Assembly: GCA_038131935.1 (NCBI GenBank)
Contig: JAYPQH010000018.1
Coordinates: 64,001 to 128,000, forward strand
Direction: 5' to 3'
Source: Alphaproteobacteria bacterium
GTDB lineage: Bacteria; Pseudomonadota; Alphaproteobacteria; UBA8317
Length of the DNA: 64,000 nt
In this document: in pieces, positions 52,461-61,220 of the stretch
Position numbering within the stretch: position 1 is the stretch's first letter
How the letters are laid out: every line of letters begins with the position of its first letter
The notes under the pieces: model-generated
What the model saw: the letters and a program-made list of their open reading frames with translations, nothing else
Told to the model about the DNA's origin: nothing
The model's database searches: none
Program-made: the position numbers and the translations under genes

Positions 52461-53114
52461 ATGCATATTGAACCGGGCATTGTCGTGGGTGGAAAGCTCA
52501 TGTTGGGATGGATAACAACAACCGGCTGCCTTGGGTGGTTTTGCCATAAATTTGTTACCCAAAGCTCTTTGCGCGACTTCACCGTATCGATTCTTAAATA
52601 TATAGCAGCAAGCATGATAGCGTTTTGCTGTTTTGTCCTCCTCCCTCACCCTTCTCTAGGCGTGTCAGAGGTTCATTTCATTCTTGCCACAACAATGTTT
52701 TTGTTTTTGGGTGCGTTGCCCACAGGACTTGGTTTGACGACAGCCTTAATTCTACAATCCGTTTTCATATCTCCTACTGACCTGCCACAATTGGGCATGA
52801 ACCTGACCACCTTATTGGCACCTTTATTGCTCATGGCCGGCCTTGCCAGATCGTTACGCACAAAAAGCCCCGCGCAATTACGTTACATTGAGATTTTGAA
52901 ACTGTCGGCAGCATATCAAGCTGGCATTGTTGGATGGGTAAGCTTTTGGGTCTTATGGGGACAAGGTTTTCATGTTGAAACATTCCAGCAACTTATGGTT
53001 TTTGCGCTAGGATATGCACCTTTGATGATCATGGAACCAATTTTGGACATGTTGGCCATCAAGGTTTGGAAGCCCAAAACCTTAGCCTTCCACACGCAGC
53101 CTTCTTACGCATAA
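52461..53114 (+). CDS. Stand-alone CbiM-like (ECF S-component) cobalt/nickel permease
   Basis: N-terminal MHIEPG, GVSEVHFIL, DLPQLGMN, about 7 TM segments. GGAGG RBS. Confidence 0.78.
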   Translation: MHIEPGIVVGGKLMLGWITTTGCLGWFCHKFVTQSSLRDFTVSILKYIAASMIAFCCFVLLPHPSLGVSEVHFILATTMFLFLGALPTGLGLTTALILQSVFISPTDLPQLGMNLTTLLAPLLLMAGLARSLRTKSPAQLRYIEILKLSAAYQAGIVGWVSFWVLWGQGFHVETFQQLMVFALGYAPLMIMEPILDMLAIKVWKPKTLAFHTQPSYA

Positions 53115-54350
53115 GAAACTGAGAAACGCCAACAGGGAGGCTGTTGCCAAACAGCCTGCCACACCAGCCAACTGAAAGCTGAGGCCAGATAATAAGGTCC
53201 CAACAAAACGGCCTACCGCATTAGACATATAGTAAAAACCAACATCCATCGCGACGCGTTCGCCTTTTGAGAACGCCAAAATCAAGTACGAATGTACCGA
53301 AGAATTAAGCGCGAATACCGCTCCGTAGACCCATAGCGCGAGCGCAACAATAATGGCGACCCAGTTTGCCGTGGCTTGGGGGGTTAAAAACAAAAACAAA
53401 CTTAAGGCTGCAGGAATAACAATCACCCCCAACAATAAGCTAGATGCAAGATCAGAGATGGCCCCAACATCATGGGCACGGCGCGCGAATATTTGTGGCG
53501 CCATGGCTTGAACAAACCCATAAGCCACAATCCAAGCTGCCATAAACACACCAATCATAAAAAAGGCTTGTTTGTTGCCCTCCGAGGTACCATCAGAAAG
53601 CACGGCGTAAAAGAAAATAGGAATCCCCACCACAAACCAAACATCCCTTGCTCCAAACAGGAATACCCTCGCGGCAGAGAGAATATTAACCTTTCGATCA
53701 GTTGAAAAAACATCCCTAAACTTGCTGTCTTTTTTCCCACGAGGTAACCCATCGGGCATAAAAGTCATGATGGCGACCAAGATCACCAACAACACAGCTC
53801 CCATCGCGAGTACCGCTGTCGAAAACCCAAACCAAGCCAATAATGCGGCACCAAGGAAAAACCCAAATCCTTTTACTGCATTTTTAGATCCAGTCAGCAC
53901 CGCCACCCAACGAAACAACAAGCCTGGTTGATCTGGAGCAAGAAGCTTTACAGCCGATTTGGCACTCATTTTTGAGAGATCTTTTGCAACACCTGATAAA
54001 CCTTGAACCAGCATGACATAGGCCACACTCAACGCTAGACCGAGATCATTTGGCATCATGTAAAGCGCAAGCAATGCAATGATTTGCGTCGTAAGGCCTG
54101 CGTAAAGCGTACTTGTTAAACCATATTTTGCAGCAATCCATCCAGCTGCCAAATTGGTCACAACCCCCATGAATTCGTACAGCAAAAACAAATAAGCCAA
54201 GGATAAAGGACTAAACCCAAGGGTATGGAAATGTAACAACACAAGCATACGCAATGCGCCATCACTAAGCATAAACGCCCAATAAGCCAAGGTCACTGCC
54301 AAATAAGCAGCCAAACCTTGCGAGCTTTTCAGAGACGTTTCCGCACTCAT
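53082..54350 (-). CDS. arsJ: Organoarsenical efflux MFS transporter ArsJ
   Basis: YWAFMLSDGALRMLVLLHF, SGVAKDL.KMSAKS, LTGSKNA.KG, ARDVWFVV, DVGFYYM. Confidence 0.93.
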   Translation of the reverse strand: MSAETSLKSSQGLAAYLAVTLAYWAFMLSDGALRMLVLLHFHTLGFSPLSLAYLFLLYEFMGVVTNLAAGWIAAKYGLTSTLYAGLTTQIIALLALYMMPNDLGLALSVAYVMLVQGLSGVAKDLSKMSAKSAVKLLAPDQPGLLFRWVAVLTGSKNAVKGFGFFLGAALLAWFGFSTAVLAMGAVLLVILVAIMTFMPDGLPRGKKDSKFRDVFSTDRKVNILSAARVFLFGARDVWFVVGIPIFFYAVLSDGTSEGNKQAFFMIGVFMAAWIVAYGFVQAMAPQIFARRAHDVGAISDLASSLLLGVIVIPAALSLFLFLTPQATANWVAIIVALALWVYGAVFALNSSVHSYLILAFSKGERVAMDVGFYYMSNAVGRFVGTLLSGLSFQLAGVAGCLATASLLAFLSFLCVRRLRVEG

Positions 54351-55356
54351 GCCTGGGCCACAATCATGCGGGCAATGTCGACCATACGACAGGCGTAACC
54401 CATTTCGTTATCGTACCATGCATAAATTTTTTGACCTGTGTGTCATCCACAACCATGGTTGAGGGACCATCAATGATGGAAGAACGGGTATCATTAACAA
54501 AATCCGCTGACACCAACGGGCGTCTCTCGAACCCAAGAATACCTTGTAATGAATGTTGGGCATAATGAGCAAGCAACCCATTCACCTCCTCAACATCGGT
54601 CTTGCGGCTCACCTCAAAAACACAATCTGTCAGTGATCCATTAACCAATGGCACGCGCACCGCATGACCATTTAACTTGCCCTTAAGCTCAGGATAAATC
54701 ACCGTAATCGCCGTTGCTGAACCTGTGGTTGTTGGGATCATTGCATTGAGTGCTGAACGTGCACGGCGCATATCTTTCGAAGGCCTATCAAGAATTGTTT
54801 GGGTATTGGTAACATTATGGATGGTTGTGATCATCCCATGTTTGATGCCCAATTCCTTATGGATGACCTCAACCACAGGTGCCAAACAATTGGTGGTACA
54901 ACTCGCAGCGGTGATCAAATGATGGTTATTGGCGTCATATATGTTATGATTGATGCCATAAACCAAATTACAAGCACCCTCTTCTTTCACGGGTGCAGAC
55001 ACCAGCACTTTGCAGACGCCATGATCGTAATAAGGGGCAACTTTTTTTACTGTTTTGAATGTACCGGTACAATCAATCACCATATCCACTGCATGATCTT
55101 TCAGGCTTAACCCTTCAATATCAGAAGCTTGGGTGAGCGGAATCCGTCGACCCTCATAATAAACAGCTTGATCATCAAAACCAATTTCGGGCGCAAACGG
55201 ACCATGAACGGTGTCAACATTCAGCAAAAGCGCATGCTGCTCAGGATTTCCCATCTTATCATTCAACAGAACCAATTCAATGTCACCGGGATGTTCCAGC
55301 AATTGTCTGACAACAAGTTTCCCGATCCGACCCAATCCATTAACCGCCACACGCAT
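54347..55356 (-). CDS. ArsJ-associated glyceraldehyde-3-phosphate dehydrogenase (A-run frameshift near 54430)
   Basis: NGLGRIG, TAASCTTNCLAP, IPTTTGSA, GHAVRVP. Corrected end KIYAWYDNEMGY...AQA* overlaps the arsJ ATG. Confidence 0.9.
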
Positions 55357-55434
55357 GCACCGTCTCCCTCAGTCAACGCATGCGAAGGACTTACGAAACC
55401 CACATGATAATAACAACAAAAAAAACAATTGAGA

Positions 55435-55878
55435 TTATTTTTGTGTGGCGAATTGGGTTAACCAAAACCCCCAAAGCCATTACCAAATACCCGCCAACCT
55501 GGTCATATTCAGGGGGGTTATTTTGGCGCCAAACAAACCAAAATGATCAATAATAGCTGCGGAGACCAATTGTCCCAAGAGCACGAAAAATACTGCATTT
55601 CCTAGTCCAAAACGTGGAGCAACGAATGTAATGGACAGGACATAAAATGCCATTAGACAGCCTGCTAGAAATGCATATTTTGGTGCCACAGACAATTTTT
55701 GAAACGGCATATCACCTTGCAAGAACACCACCATGGCTGCCGTGCAAAGAGCCACCAAAAACAAAATGAGGGCAGCTGCAAATGGTGCATTCAAAAACCT
55801 GCCCAGCATAGAGCTCAATGCGGCCATGGTTGGGACACCAACCCCTGCGAAAAACATCACCAAGGCATAGCCCCACAT
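55435..55878 (-). CDS. DMT/YdcZ-family inner membrane transporter (3' end disturbed by indels, end approximate)
   Basis: AGVGVP, PRFGLGNAV..VLLGQLVSAAIIDHFGLFG. Confidence 0.8.
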
Positions 55879-56000
55879 CTCGATTACCCTTTCTATACAT
55901 TCATCTTCTATGCATGACATGTTTGCTGCAAAACATCCAGAAAATCCTAAATGCTGTCCCAACAACAGATAGGTCCTGGTCGAACAAGCAAGAGACACGT

Positions 56001-57071
56001 CTAGCTTTGTTGATAACCAACATCACCAGGTGCAACGGACACAGATTTCATAACGGCAACACATGCACATCCTATATGAAGATTAAGGTTACGTGCAGAT
56101 CTTCGTGTCACCCGTGCCAAAAGTGGGCCTGCTTTGGTATCTAAGGTCACCATCACGCCAGGCCCCACGCCTTCTCGCATTGCGACAATAACACCCGCTA
56201 TCTGGTTCAACGCCGACAACCCTTCAGGCTTTGTCACGCTCAACATGACGTCATGTGCAGGAATACGTATGCGCACCACCTGACCTAGGTTTGCGTGAAT
56301 TTTGGGTAACAACAAACGCACCCCATGAGCGTCTATCTCACTTAAACCATCATCATGATGAGCGACGACCTTGGCTGTGAGCAAAGCCCCCACAGCCCGA
56401 ACACCACCTGGGGCGCGGTTCATGTCCGACAGCACCTCTTCTGCAGATCCGAGTGTGCTCACCCGGCCTTGATCGATCACCACAACTTGGTTTGCCAACC
56501 TACCTACCTCTTCAAGGGCATGGCTTACATACAAAATAGGAATAGCAAGCTCGTCACGAAGCCGCTCAAATAACGCCAAAATCTCATGTCTGCGTGGGAT
56601 ATCCAATGCCGACACAGGCTCGTCGGCCAAAATGACCTCAGGTTGGGATAACAACATGCGCCCGATGGATACACGTTGTTGTTCCCCCCCTGAAAGATGA
56701 CCCACCGGCCGATCTTGCAAATGTGTGATATCAAGAAGCTGACAAATTTTATCACAAGAAGAAGGGTCCTTGGCGCCAAATAACAAGTTACCAAGCACGT
56801 TTTTATGGGGAAACAAGTGAGGTTGTTGAAACACATAACCAACCTTGCGCCGATGGGTTGGAACATCAACTGAAGATGTCCGGTCAAAAAGCGTCCGCCC
56901 TGCCACACGGATATGGCCTTCCTGGGGGGTATAGATCCCAGCGATCGCATTTAAGATAGAGCTTTTGCCCGCGCCAGACGGGCCAAACAGAACTGTGATG
57001 CCACCTTCAACTTGGAATGTTACATCCAAACGAAACCGTTGAAATTGATGTTTTACAACAAGATCTATCAC
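56001..57071 (-). CDS. modC: Molybdate ABC transporter ATPase
   Basis: GPSGAGKS, LFPH, LSGGEQQRV, DEP, YVSH, C-terminal TOBE/Mop region. Confidence 0.94.
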   Translation of the reverse strand: MIDLVVKHQFQRFRLDVTFQVEGGITVLFGPSGAGKSSILNAIAGIYTPQEGHIRVAGRTLFDRTSSVDVPTHRRKVGYVFQQPHLFPHKNVLGNLLFGAKDPSSCDKICQLLDITHLQDRPVGHLSGGEQQRVSIGRMLLSQPEVILADEPVSALDIPRRHEILALFERLRDELAIPILYVSHALEEVGRLANQVVVIDQGRVSTLGSAEEVLSDMNRAPGGVRAVGALLTAKVVAHHDDGLSEIDAHGVRLLLPKIHANLGQVVRIRIPAHDVMLSVTKPEGLSALNQIAGVIVAMREGVGPGVMVTLDTKAGPLLARVTRRSARNLNLHIGCACVAVMKSVSVAPGDVGYQQS

Positions 57072-57767
57072 TCATAACCCCTTCGTACGCCGTGCTGCCC
57101 ATTGCCCTAACCACTCACATACCATCAGCGCCAATAACGCAATCACAACGCTAACGGCACAAAGGATCACCAATCTTTCTTCACCTTGTGGGGTCTGCAG
57201 CAGGGAATAAATTGCCGAAGGTAGGGTTTGGGTGAGACCTGGCATATTGCCTGCAAATGTTATTGTTGCCCCAAACTCTCCAAGTGCTTTTGCAAAACCT
57301 AAAATCGCACCCACCCAAATTCCTGGTAGCGCTAGAGGAAGCGTTACGCTCCACCATATGCGCCAAGGTGAAGCCCCAAGCGTTGCTGCGGCATGCTCCA
57401 AACGAATATCAATGGCTTCGAAAGAAAGCCGCACAGCGCGCACGAATAGCGGAAACGCCATCACGGCGGCAGCCAGAACAGCCCCATGCCAATGATAGGC
57501 CAATGGAACTCCCCATTGGAGCAACAATGACCCCAATTGACCAGATGGCCCCAACATCATCATCAAAAGGTAACCTGTTACCACCGGGGGAAGTATGAGA
57601 GGCATATGCACCAACAAATTCAGCAAGCCATGACCTGGAAAACGCCACCGTGCCAATATGTAGGCAACAGTTATAGCCAGAGGTGCTGAGAACAACATCG
57701 CAAGGAATGCCACCTGCACAGACAGCTTAACCGCTGCAAATTCTTCCCCTGTCAACAACCAGGTCAT
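57072..57767 (-). CDS. modB: Molybdate ABC transporter permease
   Basis: PLILPPVVTGY, EHAAATLGA, ALGEFGATI, TQTLP. Confidence 0.94.
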   Translation of the reverse strand: MTWLLTGEEFAAVKLSVQVAFLAMLFSAPLAITVAYILARWRFPGHGLLNLLVHMPLILPPVVTGYLLMMMLGPSGQLGSLLLQWGVPLAYHWHGAVLAAAVMAFPLFVRAVRLSFEAIDIRLEHAAATLGASPWRIWWSVTLPLALPGIWVGAILGFAKALGEFGATITFAGNMPGLTQTLPSAIYSLLQTPQGEERLVILCAVSVVIALLALMVCEWLGQWAARRTKGL

Positions 57768-58528
57768 GACGGATCACCTGGCAAAAAACCATGGCTTATG
57801 AAGATTTTCTGCGCCTTTTCCGAACGCAAATAATCGTAAAGACGCTTCATCGTCTCATCACTATGGGTGGTAAGTGCCATGGAATAGACAATATCTTTGT
57901 GGGTGGTTGGATCAATGTTTGCCAATAGCCTCACATCTTTGCGCCCTTTTATATCTGTTGCGTAGGCGATACCTATGGAGGCTACGCCATAATGTACCAA
58001 TCGAACAACAGCTGGGGCATTTTCTGCTGGCACAAGTTGCGTTTTCAACTTATCCCAAAGCCCCATGGTTTGAAGTGCTTGGCGCGCATACAGCCCCACA
58101 GGAACATGATCAGGGGCACCTATGGCCAATTTCCCATGATCCGATGCATTTTGTAAAATTTTGGGAATGGACATGTCAGAACTAAAGTCAAACCCAACAT
58201 CTCGCTTGGCAAACAACACCAACTGATTACCCACCAAAGATGTTCTGCTCTGTGGATTGATTGCAGACCGCTCTTCTAGCCAATCCATCCATTCATCATT
58301 GGCTGATAAAAAAAGACCTGCAGGCGCCCCCATGGCTATTTGCCTTGCCAACATTGAAGACGATGCCCACGACACCCCTACCTGTCCATCATACCCTTTA
58401 AGAACATCCGCCAACGCCGTTTGCAAACTTGCTGCAGCAAAAATTTGCACTGACGCAGCCCCCACGGCTGATGACATCGTCATCAGCAGCATACTCAACC
58501 CAACCAAAATGTTCCTACGATACATCAT
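57764..58528 (-). CDS. modA: Molybdate ABC transporter substrate-binding protein
   Basis: Signal peptide, FAAASL, ASSSMLARQI..GAPA, NQLVL, VPVGLYA. Confidence 0.9.
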   Translation of the reverse strand: MMYRRNILVGLSMLLMTMSSAVGAASVQIFAAASLQTALADVLKGYDGQVGVSWASSSMLARQIAMGAPAGLFLSANDEWMDWLEERSAINPQSRTSLVGNQLVLFAKRDVGFDFSSDMSIPKILQNASDHGKLAIGAPDHVPVGLYARQALQTMGLWDKLKTQLVPAENAPAVVRLVHYGVASIGIAYATDIKGRKDVRLLANIDPTTHKDIVYSMALTTHSDETMKRLYDYLRSEKAQKIFISHGFLPGDPS

Positions 58529-58970
58529 AAGATTTCGTTACCGATTTTTGCTCGAGCGAACAACGGCCTTGTCCACTTCTAAATGCTTGAAACCTCTTCT
58601 TTAAAAAAATAGCCCTTAGAGGTTAGGCATGGTAGAGCCATGATTGTTCAACCCTGGTGACCAATTTGTTTCTTAAATGGGCCCTAGTCTCTTGGCTGAG
58701 GCTGTACCATTTGAAGAGTATCCTACGGAACAACAAGAGGGTTTTTATGGTGTAATAAACTATTTTTAAGGTGGCCACGAACGCGCGAGCACCAAGGGTG
58801 TTACTGCGTGCCGCAGCGCTTGGAAGAAATTGATGTTTGGGTCATACACGAACTGAAGAATTTCTTGATTAGCTCAAAAATCATCTTGGCACCGCTTACA
58901 AACAGACCGTAGGAAAGGTTCGAGGCTGCCTCCAGCATAGGTAATCAACAAACAAAGGAGAACAATCAAC

Positions 58971-59452
58971 ATGATCAAAGGTCTACATCATAATGCCTGC
59001 CGCTGCCGCGATTCAGAGGAAATGAGGGCATTTTACGAAGATTTCTTGGGCTTCCTTTGGTCCATGCGTTTGAGATTTCAGAGACAAAAACAGGCCGTAC
59101 CACCAAAGCTCTTCACAGCTTTTATCAAATGAATGATGGATCCTGTTTGGCTTTTTTTGAAGTACCTAACATGGACTTTGATTTTAAAGCTCAACATGAT
59201 TACGACCTTCATATTGCGCTTGAGGTAACACATGAATTCATGATGGAAATGTTCGAAAAAGGAAAACGAGAAGGCATTGAAACCCGTGGTGTCGCGGATC
59301 ATCATTTCATCGATTCCATTTATTTCCGAGACCCTAATGGCTACGTCATTGAATTGACCAGCAAACGTGACAATCATGACGAAGCCATGGACCCATCACA
59401 TAACAAAGCCCATCAAGCACTTGCCCATTGGCAACAAAGCAAACTTGCCTAA
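58971..59452 (+). CDS. VOC/glyoxalase family protein (missing G near 59049)
   Basis: AAGGAG RBS. MIKGLHHNACRCRD..E..AFYEDFLG continues into LPLVHAFE; LAFFE, HIAL, SIYFRDPNGYVIEL. Confidence 0.87.
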
Positions 59453-59506
59453 CGATCATTTGATGTTGGAGTGCGCGGGTCCTTTAATCCCCTTTTTGAC
59501 GGAATT

Positions 59507-60091
59507 TTACGTGAAGGCAGGTCCATGTATCCATGTGGTAAGTGAGTAGCGCAAGCCAGACGTCATTTGAGAGACTTTATGCAATACAAAGCTTGGAAAC
59601 AGTATCACACTCCCCATGGTTGTGGATGCTGTTTCTTCCACCCCAGCCACGTTATAGCACAGCAATCCACCTTGATAACTTGCAGGATCACTGAGTTGTA
59701 CAATCAATGTAAGCTTACGCTTGGAGGCAAAATTCCCTGTCCCCCAATCTGCATGCCAATCAAAGTGACTCCCAAGACAGGCGTCATAACGGGCAATCTG
59801 GATACGTTCTGCAAACGCATCCAAATGGAATTGAAAATGTTGTCGGTTTGTCTTTAACACAAGTTCAAAAAGCCGCCGGAATATCCAGGCTGTCTCTTCT
59901 TCATCATCCAACCATGCCGTATGTACAATCCTAATGTCCTCGTCAAAATGCCCCTTCACCAACCGTGCTTCTTGAAACTGTTTCCGCTCAGCCGTGGCAA
60001 TAATATCGCGACATTCTGCTGGGGTAAAAAATACCTCTTGATAATATGGGGTAATCATACAATGCTCTCTCATAAAGGGACCATCGCGCAA
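59507..60091 (-). CDS. 2OG-Fe(II) oxygenase (PKHD/P4H-like)
   Basis: FTPAEC, Q.ARY, WHAD (HxD), RKLT..VQLS, YQGG, FPSFVLHKV, RYSLTTW. Confidence 0.88.
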   Translation of the reverse strand: MRDGPFMREHCMITPYYQEVFFTPAECRDIIATAERKQFQEARLVKGHFDEDIRIVHTAWLDDEEETAWIFRRLFELVLKTNRQHFQFHLDAFAERIQIARYDACLGSHFDWHADWGTGNFASKRKLTLIVQLSDPASYQGGLLCYNVAGVEETASTTMGSVILFPSFVLHKVSQMTSGLRYSLTTWIHGPAFT

Positions 60092-60157
60092 TGCACTAAG
60101 CGCATGAACGTGGGCTATGAGTTTATGCTGTTGTGGCTCAGAAGAGCAAGCTTCTTA

Positions 60158-61054
60158 TCACAATCGAAATTGCACAAAATCGAGAATTTCTTCAGCAATA
60201 TTGATATCACAACAACTCTCAAGGCCTTCAAAACCTGGCGAACTGTTGGCTTCGCAGACTTTGAATCCGTCTTGGTCGAACAACAAATCAATTCCAGCAA
60301 TATCAAGCCCCAATAGACGCGCACTCTGAAGCGCTAGCCACTCAGCATCGCGGTTAGGTTCAAAGCGAATGACTTCAGCGCCTTGGCTATAGTTTGCCTT
60401 AAAGCTATCATGCGTGGAACGTCGTTCCATGGCGGCCACAACGCGTCCGCCAATGACAAACATTCTCACATCACGACCTCGGCTGTTGGCTATGAATTCC
60501 TGAAAAATCAGATTTGTGTTGGATTGCGTAGATTGAATCAATTGCATCAAGTCATCAAAATGTTGCCTGGTTTCACATAAATACACACCGCTTCCTTGGC
60601 TACCGCTTAGGGTTTTGACAACAACCGGAAAGCCAAGAGCTTCCTGCACAATATTCAACTCCACTGGAAATTTTGCCAACATGGTTTTTGGCAATGGCAA
60701 TTTATGCCGGGCCAATAGTTGATGGGTAAACAGCTTATCGCGCACGGTTTCAATCGATCGTGAAGAGTTGAAGGTTGGCACCTGCAAACGTTCCAACTGC
60801 CTTATGACGGAGAGGGCAAAATAGTTTGTACCCGCCCCCATGCGTGGCAACATCACATCAGGAAGAGAAACAATATCATGATTGATCATGATACTTGGTT
60901 CTGAGTTGGAGGTCACCAACAATTCGAAATCTTCAGGGCGTCGCACCTGAATATCATGGCCACGTGACCGGCCCACGTCCAACAAACGCCTCATCTCATA
61001 TGCTTCAGGCTTCAGATGTGCCTCAGCATGTCTGTACAATATCCAAATATTCAT
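60158..61054 (-). CDS. RimK-family ATP-grasp alpha-L-glutamate ligase-like protein
   Basis: LPRMGAGT, DKLFTHQLL, PVVVK..SGSQGSGV, QEFI, DVRMFVIGG, FKANYSQG, GIDLL, CEANSSPGFEG. Confidence 0.88.
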   Translation of the reverse strand: MNIWILYRHAEAHLKPEAYEMRRLLDVGRSRGHDIQVRRPEDFELLVTSNSEPSIMINHDIVSLPDVMLPRMGAGTNYFALSVIRQLERLQVPTFNSSRSIETVRDKLFTHQLLARHKLPLPKTMLAKFPVELNIVQEALGFPVVVKTLSGSQGSGVYLCETRQHFDDLMQLIQSTQSNTNLIFQEFIANSRGRDVRMFVIGGRVVAAMERRSTHDSFKANYSQGAEVIRFEPNRDAEWLALQSARLLGLDIAGIDLLFDQDGFKVCEANSSPGFEGLESCCDINIAEEILDFVQFRL

Positions 61055-61220
61055 AGAAGGAGCACCCATGACACAAGCAAGTCCCTGACTTAGCGGTTCG
61101 TGTCATACCGCATTATGATCCAGCTGCCATCAAAAAAGTGCACCCAAAATCTTAATTTCATCTATTTTTATAAGCTGGCAACGATGGCGTTTGCGTTTGT
61201 ACGACATAAGCAGATCATGG

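Noticed and set aside
58529-58700. Moco riboswitch or ModE box upstream of modA
   Set aside because: I could not match the conserved elements on the minus strand by eye. An Rfam scan would be decisive.
61070-61220. Precursor peptide for an ATP-grasp RiPP next to the RimK-like gene
   Set aside because: Only short ORFs without RBS, leader motif or repeated Ser/Thr/Lys-Asp/Glu cores.
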